A stretch of DNA of 64,000 nt from Mobula hypostoma (GCF_963921235.1 NC_086097.1:131752001-131816000); one strand, 5' to 3'; positions 36,630 through 50,600 are shown, counted from the stretch's first letter. Numbers and translations: made by a program. Notes: generated by a model not told the origin, from the sequence alone.

Positions 36630-36780
36630 GTGGACTGATACTCCAGTGAAGTATTGAGAGAGATACTGTACATTTTAGATGAAATATTAAACCAAGATCC
36701 ACTCTGGATATATTCAAATGATCTGCTGATACAATATTGAAGGGAATAGAATGTTTATCCCAGGAATCCTAAGAATATAT
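36630..36780 (+). mobile_element. Deu-domain SINE remnant
   Basis: 'ctgatactccagtgaagtattgagagag...ttttagatgaaatattaaaccaag' resembles the Deu core ctgacacttcagtgcagtactgagggag...tcggatgagacgttaaaccgagg. Confidence 0.5.
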
Positions 36781-38377
36781 GAAATGGCAGCAGGATTAGG
36801 CTATTTGGCATCTTAAACTTGCTCCACATTCAATAAAATCTTGTGTCCACCTACCAGACCCTTTAACCTTGGATTCCCCTTAAGTGCTTCAACTTGTCTA
36901 CCTCAGGACTGAACATTTTAATGACTTAGCCTCTATAGTGCACTGGATTAGAGAATTCTAAATATTCACAACACACAGACTAGAAATTCTCCACATTTTC
37001 ATATTATTGTTCAACCTTGTCCCAAAATCAAGATTCCTCAGTGAAAAAAAAACGATCCTTCCACCTTGGAGCCTCTCAATCCTCCCCACAACTTATTTGT
37101 TTCAATTTGATTGCTTGCCATTCATCTGAACCCTAAAGAATATTGGCTCAACCTCTTCAATCATTCATCATGTATCAACCCGGTTATCTCAGTTATCAGC
37201 TGATTCTTTCAACGGGCTTCAATGCAAAAATTTCCTTCCCTAAATAAGGAAACTGAATCAGTACAAAACATTCTAGTTGTAGGCTCACCAAAGCCAATAT
37301 TTATCCTTCCACCAGGATGATCAGATCATTATCAACCAATTTCTGATTGTGGTTACTTGCTGTGCATGAATTAGCTGTACATTTCTCACCTTTATTTAGT
37401 TTTAGAAGAATGCAGAGTGACCTTATTGAAGCATATGAGACTTTAGGAGGGCTTGACAAGGTACTGGGAAGATGTAGCCCTTGTTGGAGTAATCTCGAAT
37501 GAGGGTCATGGTTTTGCAATAAGGGATCACCCATTCAAAATGCAAATAAAAATTATCTCTTAGTTTGGATTGAAGGCATTTTTTTTTTTCGTTTTGTTCT
37601 AGAACTAAATTAATACACATTAACTCTGTCCCTCTTTCCTTGGACTTTGCCTGACTGGCTGAGTGTTTCCAATTTTATTTGAAGTGCAAGCAATAATCAA
37701 AGATTATTGCCCTTCCTCAGAGGGTCTTGAATCCTTGGTATTGTCTTACTTCAGAGGGTTGAGTCAGAGTCATTGTATGTTCACATCTAGGATAGATTTC
37801 TGTCTGTCATATAGTCAAGCATTATGGGAAACAGGCAGGAAAGTGTCCTAATCAGAAGCACAGAGGAATGGCTAGTAGAACCAGCACCTGAGACCCAAGC
37901 TCAGTCTATACCTGAGGTAGGTGATATCTGTGTAGAGTGTGCACATTCTTCCTGTGACCACATTTGTTTCTGCTGGATGCTCAGGTTTCCTCCCACAATC
38001 CAAAGACATAAAGATTGCCAGGTAACTTGCCTCTAGAGTACAGCAGAGCAGTAATATCTGGGGTGGGGAGGTGACGAGAATGTGGAAAGATTAAAACATG
38101 TGATGAACATAAGATTAACATAGGCGGCACAGGTAGACAGGATGGTGACGTGTTTGGCACTCCTCACTCTATTAGTCAAGGCATTGAGTACAAGAGTTAC
38201 AATATTCTATTACAACTGTACAAGTTAGTTCATAGACCACATGGAGTACCATGTGTAGTTCTATAAGAAGGATGTCACTATATTGAAAAGACTGCAGAAA
38301 ATAATTCCATTGATGTTATGACTGGAGTGCTTGTGCTGTAAGGAGAGGATGGATCAGCTTGGACCTTTTTCTCTGGA

Positions 38378-38842
38378 ATAGACAATAGACAATAGGTGCA
38401 GGAGTAGGCCATTCAGCCCTTCGAGCCAGCACCAACATTCACAGTGATCATGGCTGATCATCCACAATCAGTACCCTTTTCCTGCCTTCTCCCTATATCC
38501 CTTCACTCCGCTATCTTTAAGAGCTCTATCTAACTCTTTCTGGAAAGAATCCAGAGAATTGGCCTCCACTGCCTTCTGAGGCAGAGCATTCCACAGAACC
38601 ACAACCCTCTGTGTGAAAAAGTTTTTCCTTAACTCCATTCTAAATGGTCTACCCCTTATTCTTAAACTGTGGCTTCCGGTTCTGGACTCCCCCAACATCG
38701 GGAGCATGTTTCCTGCGTCTAACTTGTCCAATCCCCCAATAATCTTATATGTTTCAATCAGATCCCCTCTCATCCTTCTAAATTCCAGTGTATACAAGCC
38801 CAGTTGCTGCAGTCTTTCAACATATGACAGTCCCGCCATCCC
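38378..38842 (-). mobile_element. Young CR1 3' fragment nested in an older sense CR1 (approx. 38120-39390)
   Basis: MAGLSYVERLQQLGLYTLEFRRMRGDLIETYKII...FFTQRVVVLWNALPQKAVEA, with a (CTATTGT)n tail. Flanks show GVPQGSMLG and SKFADDDTK. Confidence 0.9.
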
Positions 38843-39538
38843 GTGAACACTGGAGATTGAGGGCTGACCTTATAGAGATTAATATAATTACTATAAAGGT
38901 GTACATAAGATGGATGGTCACAGTCTTTTTCCCAGGGTAAGAGAGCCTAAAACTAGAGGACACAAAGGGAGAGGAGAAAGATTTAAAAGGGAGCTGCGGG
39001 CAACATTTTGAGACAGAACGTGGTGGGTATGTGGAACAAGTTGCTATTGGAAGTGGCAGAGGTGGGTACAATTGGCCTTGCGGGAGAAGCCCGAGAGTGT
39101 TTTTAGGCTGTTGCCTCTCTGACTGGAGGCCTGTGACTAGTGGAGTGCCGCAGGGATCAATGCTGGGTCTGTGGTTGATAATCATCTACATGTACGATTT
39201 GAGTGATAATGTGGTAAACTGGATCAGCAAATTTGCAGATGATGACACCAAGACTGGGGGTATAGAGGACAGCGAGGAAGGCTATCATGGCTTGCAGCGG
39301 AATCTGGACCAACTGGAAAAATGGCTGAAAAGTGGCAGATGGAATTTAATGCAGACAAGTGAGAGGTGTTGCACTTCGGTAGGATCAAGCCGATGCTGCT
39401 TGACACTCCGAGTTCCTCTTGCAGACTGTTTATTGCGCCATTGTTGAAGCACCTTTCTATTAGGACTTCTACCACATCACTGATAAAATTAAGCCCACCA
39501 GTGAGCACATACATTAAGCACTTGTTAGGGGATGTGGA

Positions 39539-40062
39539 TAGTACTGAGCAAAAGTCTTAGGTATATATATATATATATGTGTGTGTGTGTATATATAGCC
39601 AGGGTGCCTAAGACCTTTGCATAGTCCTGTACTAATCAACATGGAGCAGAGAGCAAGTGTGTAAAGCTGGTGGGAGCAAAAGTGGTTGGGAATAGCAAGG
39701 GTAGAGAGCTGCGGGAGGGGTGTGGGACAGAGAGCAGAGAAGGGGGAAGGAGTTGGTGCCGGTGCAAACGCACCCAGGTCTGAGACACCAAGCAAGGTCA
39801 TTTGATTGCAAACGATTGGTTTATTGATCATTACAGAATACCCTCTCTCTTCCCCTTTTCCCAACCACGATTCCCCTCTCCCTGACCCCCTTTCCACTCT
39901 CAATCCACAATAGAAACCCATATCAGAATCAGGTTCATATGTCATGAAATTTGTTTTTTTGTGGCATCAGTACAGTACAATACGTAGGATTACAACGGTA
40001 CTGAGCAAAAGTCTCAGGCACCCTAACTGTATATATGTGCCTAAGACTTTTGCACAGTACTG
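39539..40062. mobile_element. Tc1/mariner-type MITE composite: two hairpin units in inverted orientation
   Basis: TIR-like CAGTACTG(T/A)GCAAAAGTCTTAGG(CAC) occurs four times: 39539>, <39629, 39996>, <40062. TA follows 39629 and 40062. Confidence 0.75.
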
Positions 40063-41479
40063 TATATGTACAGGGGATGGAATGATTGCTCTCAGAAGTC
40101 AGAGGAAAGGAAGAGCTTATAAGTCTAGAGGCAGAGGAACTATTGGTCCTTGACACTCTCCTTCGATCTGCCATCTCCTCACCTCTAAGCTGTGAGTGTC
40201 CTATAATAGAGGTGATAGTGAAGGAACAGCAGCCTGGCACAGTCACAGAGCAGAGACAACACTGGTATAATCCACTAATGCCTGCTTCCCATTACAGCCC
40301 CTCAGCGAGACACTCAGTGACAGATTGTGGACTCAATTACTCTTGTGTCAGGTGATTATCCCTGGTCTTAATGTAATCTTCCATTCACACATACCATATT
40401 TCAATTACGACTGCACTGGAACATGCTGTGTATTCAAATCACCCATCACCTTATCAGTACTGAACAATGTCAACAGTAAAACACACCAGCTGAAAGCAAT
40501 TATACATGTGTTGAGAACCGATTGTGATTACTCTCGGTGGTATTTTGTGATGAGCTGGGGAATGTGCTGAAAATTTAATTTAATGACAATATGCTTGCTG
40601 TATAATCCATAACGCCTCACGAATTCAGTGTGGAGCTATTAATACTGATGCAAGCATATTACCAGTGAACTGAAAAGTTGGGTTTTAGAGAGCTGAATTT
40701 CTCTGCAGGGAGTAATATTCCAAGCGGCAGCTTCTGAAGCATGCTGAAGGTGGTCTTCCTTCATCCTCTGGCTTTCCCTCTCTCCCGTCCTTCCTGCCAT
40801 CTCTCTCTCTCTCTCTCTCTGATTCTCTCTCTGGCTCTCTACTATATGGAAATGCCTGTAGCTAGCTGCGCGTCAGACAAATTAAAAGGAAAAATTGAAG
40901 TAGGGTTTGGGGGAAGGCAGAAAGCGATGATGGCTATTTAAGAACTAAAATCAATAGTGGCGTAAAATTGATTTAGTACTTGTCATAAAATATATGGAAG
41001 TGCTGGAAAATGGAGGAAATTGAGTCATGCTTTAATCTGCACAGGAGCCACACTGTTCTGATGAAGTAATCTGAGCAGGAACTAATATATAATCCAAAGA
41101 CAGACACTTAATTGTCACATTAAAGACTCTTTTTACGGCCTACTGCACTATAGGGTAACGTTCATTAATCATCTGGATAAGAGGAATTGAAATCAAATCA
41201 CAATTAAAATCTGTTCGATATTGTCTGTTATATGTTTTGCAAGTATTAATTTTTTTTCCCTATTGATTTTTCTTTGCTTCCTGCATTTGCAGGCATGCAG
41301 AATTTTTGAAAGGCTACTTAGGCTGACTAAACTTTTTGGAGTTATTAATCCATTGGTTTCCACAGATTAAGATATCCAGCAGGTTGTTCCTGGCCTCTCA
41401 GTGACCAGCTTCCCTTTAATCCGAGGGCAACAATTTGAAGCAAATTGTTACTTGAGCGTTCCAGCACACTCCTGGTTAG

Positions 41480-41680
41480 AAAGCGGCTCAGCAGTTAGGA
41501 CTGCTGCCTCACACTTCAACAACCAGGGTTCAATCCTGACCTCTGCTGTTGTCTGCATAGAGTTTGCACAGTCACCCTGTAACCATGTGGTTTTCCTCCT
41601 AGCGCCCTGGCTTGTTCCCGAATGTCACATACATGCTGGTAGGTTAATTGGTTACTGTAAATCGACCTGTACATAAGTGA
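41480..41680 (+). mobile_element. V-SINE/HE1-like SINE
   Basis: 'ggctcagcagttaggactgctgcctcac...gggttcaatcctgacctc...gagtttgcac...gtggttttcctcc...aggttaattggttactgtaaat'. Confidence 0.7.
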
Positions 41681-41815
41681 GTAGTAATTGGTCGATTATT
41701 GTCACATGTACCGAGTGAAAAGTTTTATTTGCATGCCTCCCAGACAGTTCATTCTATCCATTACTACGCTAAGGTTGTACAAACAGAAAACAAATAAGTA
41801 AATTGGTAAATTGGT

Positions 41816-42053
41816 GCTGAAGAAGGGTCTTAGCTTGAAACATTGACTGTTTATTCATTCCCATAGATGCTGCCTGGCCCTCTGAGTTCCTCCAGCATTT
41901 TGTGTGTGTTGCTGTGGATTTCCAGCATCTGTAGAATCCTGCTGAAGGGTCTCGGCCTGAGAAGTTGGCTGTACTTTTTTCCATAGATGCTGCTTGGCCT
42001 GCAGAGTTCCTCTAGCATTTTGTGTGTGTTGTCTGTAGAATCTCTTGTGTTTA
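41816..42053 (+). mobile_element. Tandem dimer of PLE hammerhead-tail units with 9-bp TSD
   Basis: TAAATTGGT at 41807-41815 and 42054-42062. The two units start CTGAAGA (41817) and CTGCTGA (41939), a period of 122 bp. Confidence 0.8.
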
Positions 42054-44534
42054 TAAATTGGTTTATGGACAACTGGTTGTCACATGAACCAACGGACAGT
42101 GGAAAAAGTTTGTTTTGCATGTCTTTCACATGGATCATTTCATCATATCAGTGCATTGAGGTAGTAAAAGAGAAAAGCAATAGCAGAAGGCAGAAAATGT
42201 TGCTATAGTTACAGAGGAAGTGCAGTACAGACAGACAATAAGGTGCGAGAGCCAAGACGAGAACATTCAATAGTCTTATAGTGGTGGGATAGATATTGTC
42301 CATGAGCCTGGTGGTAATTGCTCTCAGGTTTTCGTACCTTCAGAGACGAGAAAAGAGGATGTGGGAGAGCAAAACAAAATGAACAATGTTCTGTAGTGTT
42401 ACAGATACAGAGAAAGTGCAGTGCAGATAGACAATAGGGTAGAAGTAAAGTTGGGGGAAATTGATATGAGAGAATGTTGTGGGGAATTGAGATTGATGTA
42501 ATTACTTTATGAACAAGAGTAGACTCAATGGGTCAAGTGGACTTCTCTGATGTGAGGAAATATGGAAATATGAAACATGCAACATCATTCAATTTACTCT
42601 CTATAAACCTGAGATCTCTGAAATGTTGCTATGCACATTATGGACCAAGTTCCATTTACTCATTATACCCTGAGAGCTAATTTACTGTGTTCTTGGCCAA
42701 GGTATACCTTGATTTTAGAACTCTCATCATTTTTCTTTCAAGCCCCTCCATTTTCTAGTCCCTCCCTATCTCTGTTTCCTCCAAAATCACAATTCATCTG
42801 CAATTAGGCTTCTTGATCAACTCAGAACTTACATGCACCACAAATGGTGGAGATTGCGGGGTTTTCAACTCAAACATTCTACCCCTAACTTTCTTGTAAA
42901 ACAGTCCTTACAACCTAACCCTGTGACTAAGCTTTTGATGAACTCCTTTAGTTTGTGGCCCACTTGTCAAATTTTGTTTCTCCTGCCGACTACCTTAAGG
43001 TGTTCTGAGCATGAAGTTTGAGAACAAGCAAAATAGTTCCCCAAATGGCCATCAGGCTTTCTCCATCTTCCAACAAGATCAGGGTTTTATTTTCTAGTCC
43101 TGTCTTTCCCTAGTACCTGGGTCAATCCTATTGAAAACCTGTTAACTCCTCAAAAGGCGCTACGTAACTGAAATTCTTTTTTAATTGCGGTTTTGTGGCA
43201 TGGAATTTTGGTCAATTTGAAGATGTTATATACATGTACAGCATTGTATATAATGAGACTTTAACTCTGTTTCTCTCTCCACTGATGCTGCCTGACCTGC
43301 TGAGTATTTCCTACGTGTTATCTTTTTATTTCAGATTTTGAGCATCTGCAGTTTTCTTTTGCCTTTTGAATAAAGTTGTATTTGTATTCATCTGTACTTA
43401 CTTTCATGTAAAGTTATATAACGGGCACTAACAATAATATCTTTTCAATTGTATTGTATTCATTGTGATACAGAAAGGAAAAAGGAAGTTCTGTTTGAGT
43501 TAGTTAAATGATGTGATGGACAGGGTGCAGAGGAACTGCTTCCTCTACAGATCATCGGCATCTAACACTCAACATTAGAGCCAGGCTCAACAGGGCTGAG
43601 GGGTGATGTCAGGAAGTACTTCTGCACAAAAATGGTGATTGGTAATTAATTTATTATCATGATACATACTGAGATACAATGAAACTTAGATTTTCATGCC
43701 AGCTGTACAGATCAGTGCCCTGAGGGAATAGAAAGGTAAAAACAATAAAATTTTGCAGAATGGTGTTACAGGTAAAGAGAATGTGCAGTGCTGGTAGACA
43801 AATAAAATGCAAGGGCCATGACAAAGACAGACTGAGAGCTCAATAGTTCATATTTATCTTACAAAAGGTCCACCCAAGAGTCTTACAACAGCAGAAAAGA
43901 AATTGTCCTTGAGCCTGGTCGTGCATTTTATCTTCTGCCTAATGGGAAAGGGGAGATGTGATAGTGTTAGAGGTGGGAGGGGTCTTTAATAATTCTCCTC
44001 CTCACAAAGATATTGAAGCCAGAGGTCAATTTTGAACATATAAAATTTGGTATTGGTGCCTTTTTTATGTAAGGGTGTTGAGGAATAGAATACTGAGGTG
44101 AAGTTAAGATAAAGGTGACCCAAGCTCCAATTGAATAATGGAATTGCAGGAGCAGAGCTGAACAGCTTCCTGTGGTATGTGTCATTCTATTCTGTTTTCA
44201 TTTGGTATAATGATGATATTATTGTCAGAATCAGCTTCCTGCTGAATCTTGGCCTCCTCTATGGTTGGATAGTCAGACAGTCCATGTTGCCCAGAGGTTG
44301 GTCTGGAACTCCTACCTTTGAATAATGTTCTCCACCACGCCAAAACCCCTGAGCAGACAGCATTTATTTCACATTTTCACTGCTTGCAGACCCAAGTGTT
44401 CAACAAACACAAAACCTGCTGCTGTTTCCGATGGTCCAAACATTTTTCTCCTGGAATTTGCAATGGTGTTCCAATCTTAATTTCCTAGTAAACACCAGAG
44501 CTTGACATGAGACATGTTATTTGCATATGCATCT

Positions 44535-44640
44535 GTGTGTGTGTGTGTATGCTATTTCTGTGTGCGTGTGTATGCTATTTCTGTGTGTGTGTGTGTCTTT
44601 GTATATATATATATATATACATGCACATGTGTGTCTGTGT
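44535..44640. repeat. Compound (TG)n/(TA)n microsatellite with duplicated 'atgctatttc' spacer
   Basis: Directly visible. Confidence 0.85.
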
Positions 44641-47600
44641 GAGAATGTGCCCAATTTAGGGTTCTTACATAATTACACAGTTCATCTCAGCAACAGAGCC
44701 TCTCTTCTAAGGTTGTGTAGATGTTTGCTTGGCTCAAAACCCATTTAACATTCTGAATATGAATTTACCCCACAATCTAGAATCTTCTATCCTCCCAAGG
44801 ATACTGGACCATGGGTAGGGTGAGGAACTCAGGGCGTTAATAATCTCTGGCACCTAGTTTACTTTCATAGACTCATAGAGTCACACAGCACGCAAACTGG
44901 TTCTTCAGCTCAGCTGGTCCATGCTGATCTAGATTCCTGTCTAAGCCAATCCCATTTGACTACATTTTATTATCCCTCTGAACATTTCTTGTCCAAGTGC
45001 CTTTTAAATGTTGTTAATGTGGCTGCCCCAACCATTTTCTCTGCAGCTCGTTCTATGCATTGTCCACCTTCTGGTGAAAAAGTTGCACCTCATGTTCCTA
45101 TTGAAACTCCACTCTCAACCTAAACCTATATCTCCCAGTTCTTCATTTCCCTACCCAGCGAAAAGACTATTCACATTCACCCTAGCTATACCCCTCATGA
45201 TATTACGCACTTCTCCCGCTCCTATGCTCCAATGAATAAAGTTCAAAGCTGGTTGCCCTTTCTCTATAACTTAATCCCTTGAGTCCTGGCAACATCCTTG
45301 TAAACCGTGGATTTAAAATTCTAATGCATGTTCACTAACCTCTTCATGACTATATCACTTGATTCCCTTAATACCTAAAAATCTATCAGTCTCTGTCTTG
45401 AATATACTGTATCCCCAACACCCTTTAACGCAAAGAATTCAAAAACTTCACCATCAATGGACATATAAATTTCTTCTCCTCTCTGTCCTCTTATTCTAAG
45501 ACTGAGACCTTTGGTTCCATACACTCCATTCAGGGGAAGCATCATCCCCGTCAAGCCCTGTAAGAATTTTGAAGCTATTCAGTACATTCTCAAATGTACA
45601 TGACACTATATAAAAGTATCACTATTGCTATTGTCCGGAGGGCAAAGGTTTTTAGACTGCCTATCACTTAATGCAGGTGCGGAAGCTATTATCAGCTGCA
45701 GGGTTTAGATACTGCAGGTCAGTGTCTTTGTTTCTACTGCTATCTCATTTTATACCTATTAAGTGTGTTTCGTGGCATGTTCCTAAGTGTCCCATTTTCA
45801 CTCTAGTGAAAAAGCTGCTTCAAAGATTTAGGGTAAAGTTACATTCTTGATATGCATTATTCTTTATTATTTGCTCAGTAAAAGATGCCTTGACCAGTTA
45901 TCGAAAGTGGCTGAGTTTGGTGGGGTTGGATGAACGGGGAATTAACAGGAAGTTGTCGCAATATCAGCGTCAGTTTGTAAGAATGAAACAAAATCATCTT
46001 CAGCTTGAGCAAGTGTGTCATTTCCAGTGTACCATCACTAATTCTGCTTTGGTACCTTGTGCATCTGTCATCTGTATTGCTGCACCTTGGCAGCTGAAGT
46101 CACTCAGACTGAGGAGTCAAACTGCACCACACACTCCTTCTGTGTTAGCATTATGTTCTCATTGCCTAAACATTTACTGTATCAAAGTAAATAACAGGGG
46201 GAATAAAAGTGTCGATTTCAGCATTTCTTTTAACTAGGGAAAACAGTTCTGATTGTTACAGGCTCCTGCTTACAGTGCAAGAGTTCAAAGTTCAGCTACT
46301 ACTACCAGGCCCCATTACGATTTGGTACCATGTTTTCCCTCACAAAGGTAAATTACAATTACAAATTTTGTTTGACTTACCCTGGAAAGTATGCAGGAAA
46401 CCAGCTGAACAATTGTGTGCTGCAATGCACAGATATCCTAGCCAATAACACAATTAAGATTTAAAATTACTTTGTGTTGTACTCTTGACTTTACAATTTT
46501 TTTAAAAAAAGAATCATTCAAGCACATTATTGCCTTGAGTGTTATGCAAACGTGTCTTGGATATGGCATAAAATGGGTCTCAAATACCATTCATTTCACA
46601 GATTCACAAACTGAGTTGCTTCTGAGGAAAAACACAGCAAAGCAGAAATACATGTATCTGTGGGTATTGAGTGTTGAAAGAATAATGAGAATTATGTGGT
46701 AACAATATGTTGGCCTGCATTCTGCGGTCTGTGTCTCTCTGTCATCATTCATTTTCAGTGGGCAAGGGGGAGCAATTGCTGGGCATCAAATCATCATCAA
46801 ATAAACCAGCCCTGACACCAGCTAAAAAGGGAGATGGATGGTCAGCTTGTTCCTTGTGGAAATATTCACCAAAGCCACGGTCTCCCCAGCATCATTCCGC
46901 ACTCCCATGAGACCGAACTGTTGGCCATTTTTTTTATTGAAAATGTGCGGTCACCCATAATACTTCAGAGGTCATCACTCGATGGAAAATTTTCATAAGC
47001 AGGGTGCTGGAGGTTAGCCTGGGCTGGTGAAGCTCTTTCTATGTCTTTTGTTGCTAGGTGTTTCATTTTAGGTCGGGATCTTGCTAAAACTTCCAACATT
47101 TTATTGCTTCACTGCAACATGATATATTTGCCACATCAGGAGGATAATTCACATTTATGTACCAACTAATACCCTATAGGTTTCCTGGAGAAATCTCTGA
47201 GGTGGAGAAGAAGGTCAAGTTGTATCCAAATGATGATTAAGTGACATCTTTCAGAAACAATTATCAGAACTGGGAGCTTCTGGGATTAGAACAGATTTGT
47301 GTCGTTCTACCTGATTTCAGAGAGGTTGTTAGTACACAAAATTCACTAGCTCCTCACCCTGTTCACGCAATAACATAATAGCACTCTGTTTCAGTAACAT
47401 GTCTTATTCTTTGGAATTTAAAGCACAAATGAACATTAGTAATAAAGTGCAGGAGCAATGCTGAATATGATCCCTCTGCATCAATTCATTGTCCTGGCTT
47501 TTCTCTTGTTATTTAAGAGAAGAAAATGGGGTTTGTGGAAATCTTTCTTGTGTTGTGTGGCTCTTTTATCTAAATTTACTGACTGTGAGGCAGAGGAGTA

Positions 47601-50600
47601 AATTGTGAGCTGTATGCAGTTGTGCAGCTGTGAATAAAAATCACTTGTCTCAAATGTTTATAATCAGAAGAAAAATTCAAATCTATCTACTATTGTAATT
47701 GTCAGAAATTTAATAGCATTTGCAAACCATTTCTTTGAAAAGGCAAATATAAAATTAATATTTTACTTTTTTAAAAAAAACAATTGCTATTAAATTTCAA
47801 GGAATTCTGACAGTAAACAATTTTCAGATAGTAACCATAATCAGTTCAGTGTTAGTTTATTAACCCTTTAGGGCATAGAAGCCCTGAATGGAAAATTAAG
47901 GAAATTTGTTTTTAAGAGCTGGCCAGTCTTAGAGTTTCTCTACAAGTCTGTATTGATAACCTTAAACTTGTGCTAATAAGCCTGATATAACTCAGGCAGA
48001 AAACCTCTACCTCAACTGTTCCATACTGAGAGACCACAATGAGAGCTCCACTAGCGCTGTTAGGAGCTTGAGCAAATTAAAACATGTTACCCTGTTTTAT
48101 ATTTCTCCATGCTGCCTGGTAACATGTTGGACTATTCACCGAATCTCGTCCATGGAACTTCCAAGGTCCGCACGATCTAAAGCACAATCTTTAAACCCCC
48201 CCCCCATATGAGGACATGCTTGTTAATGACTTAAACAAGTGCCAGATATCCTTTCATGTGCAAATCAGTTCTGCATTCAAAACTGGAATGAATTTAAACC
48301 GAGACAGGTATTTAAATGCTCCTGAAACCAGCAGTGTCACTTTAAAGCGGTGTACTTGGTAAAATGCAGAGAAATACCTGCATCTGTACTGCCTTGCTCT
48401 ATAAATACGGAGTTCTGGTGCACCTCCTGCACATGACATCTAGCCAATAAATTCAGATGACAGTCATGAAACGCTCCTATAATCAGTGACATGGGATGAT
48501 TTTCCGCTCCTGACAAGCCCTTGTATTGAGTATGATAACAGTTACTCTGTCTTCATCCACCGCTAGAGTATAATATCAATCCATCTGATGACCCAGCAAA
48601 CGAAGCCCAACACTTCTGTATCAATCTTCATAGAGTGGTGCCTTTTGTCTGAAATGAGATCATTCAATCATTTTGCTGCATGCATTCGTGTTCAAACCTT
48701 TTTTCTTTCTCTCCCCTCTTTATTCCTCAATTCACCATCTCTCTCACACACCCCTATCTGCCACTTTTTCCAACCAGTCCTCGCAAAAAAAAACTTGGGC
48801 TAGCTGTCTAGCTCTCATAAAATCTGTGCTGAATCATAATTGTGCTGCATCCTAACATGCAGCCGGTGCGATGTGACGTGCGCCATGTGCTGACATCCTA
48901 CCGGACAAATCTTTATTCCTTGCTCTCTCTCTTAATAATAAATATCAAAAGGCTGATTTTGCCCTGTCACCATTTTTTTTTGTGTACAGCTTCCAAACCA
49001 CTGCAATTAAATTAAGCTCATAAAATGCACAGCCATGGCTCTCCTGGACAAGCAGATCCATTTAAAATTGCATGTGCGTTGGCTGCCGCTGTCCTCGTGA
49101 AATATTGTTCAATCAACAGCCAAAGTTTTCCTTGTCAGTTTTGATATATCCGATAATAACTGCAGGTTGTTTTGCAATGTCCAATGTTCTGGCTAGATGG
49201 GCTTTTCATATTCTTTATTGTTTTTTTTCTGACAAAATGTTACCCAGACTTTTTTTTCTGCAGTTTTGTAAAATGAAAACAAGAGCCTAAACAAAATACA
49301 TCTAACCCTTTGTGAGCCAGCTTATACTGTGAATGAGTGTTATGAAGGGCTAATAAACGCTTTTTGGTGGGGTGCATTATGCCATTTGCAGTTGATGATT
49401 ATTGATACTCACATAGAAGCATTGCAGGCCTTTATAAAATGAACATTTATATCACAAGCAGGAACAACTTGTTATGTTGGCCCTGGTAGCAGTGGTTTAA
49501 GTTGCTGGACTGGTATCCTGTAACCTAAATTCTTGATCCCTGTTTCAATCCTATCACAGTCCCAGGGAAATTAAATTTGATGCATTAAAATAATTCTGAA
49601 ACTTAAGGGAGGAATCATATCAGTACTGGTGAAAGATATCTCAAAAAGCTAATTCATTCACTAATAGCTGTCAATGGAAGGAAATCGGCTTATAACCATC
49701 AAATGGTTGAATTTTAATTGTTCTATGAGTCGAATCAAAGGAGCATTTAGTGATGGATATCAAGTATCCATATCCCATCAATAAAGAGGAAATTTGTGGA
49801 TAGATCTATCACCTGGATATTTTATCTTGATACCCAACAATCACTTTGAGATTTATTCTCTGGAAGAGCACTGCTGTGAGTTCAGGCCACCAGCCACCCT
49901 TTCCTGTACTCCACTGATAGACATCTCATGGCTTCCCTTGGTACACTGTGGCTGGGGAAAACACCAAGCAAGGTTAAACCTGGGAATGGGAAGTGGAAGC
50001 AAGGTAAGTGGAGCTATGCTTATTATGTATTTATGCTAATTTCAACATTTTACTTTATTTTAATTGCTTTATATTGAATAACCTTTTTAATATTAAAATA
50101 TTTCAATATTTCTACATCTTGAGTGTCAAAAATATTACGGGATTTCTTCATTGAAGAGGATGGCCATGTTGACATTGTAGTGAAGGTGATTGTATGTGAA
50201 ATATTGGATGGGAGAACAGAGAAAAAGGGGAAGTTATAAGGTCTTAGCCTCTCTAAAAGTGGGCAAATTACCAGGCTCAGTTGATATAACACCCAGGTTC
50301 TTACAGGGAAGAAGTTGTAGATCATCTGACCATATTTTGTTTAAATTATTCTTACCTTTGAGAGTGCTGCCAGATAATAGTAGGATTGCTACTCTTGCTT
50401 AGAGGAGATGATTTGCAATATTACAAGTCAGCTAGAAAGGTGTTGGAACTAGTTCTAAAGCCTGTCATAGACAAGAGTAGTCAACATGGATTTGGAAAGA
50501 GATCTTGTTTGTCTTATTTGATTTAATATTTTTGAGGTGATGGGAGTAACATAGAGGATCAATTTGATGCAATCTCCAGAAGCTTCAGCAATGTGAAATA

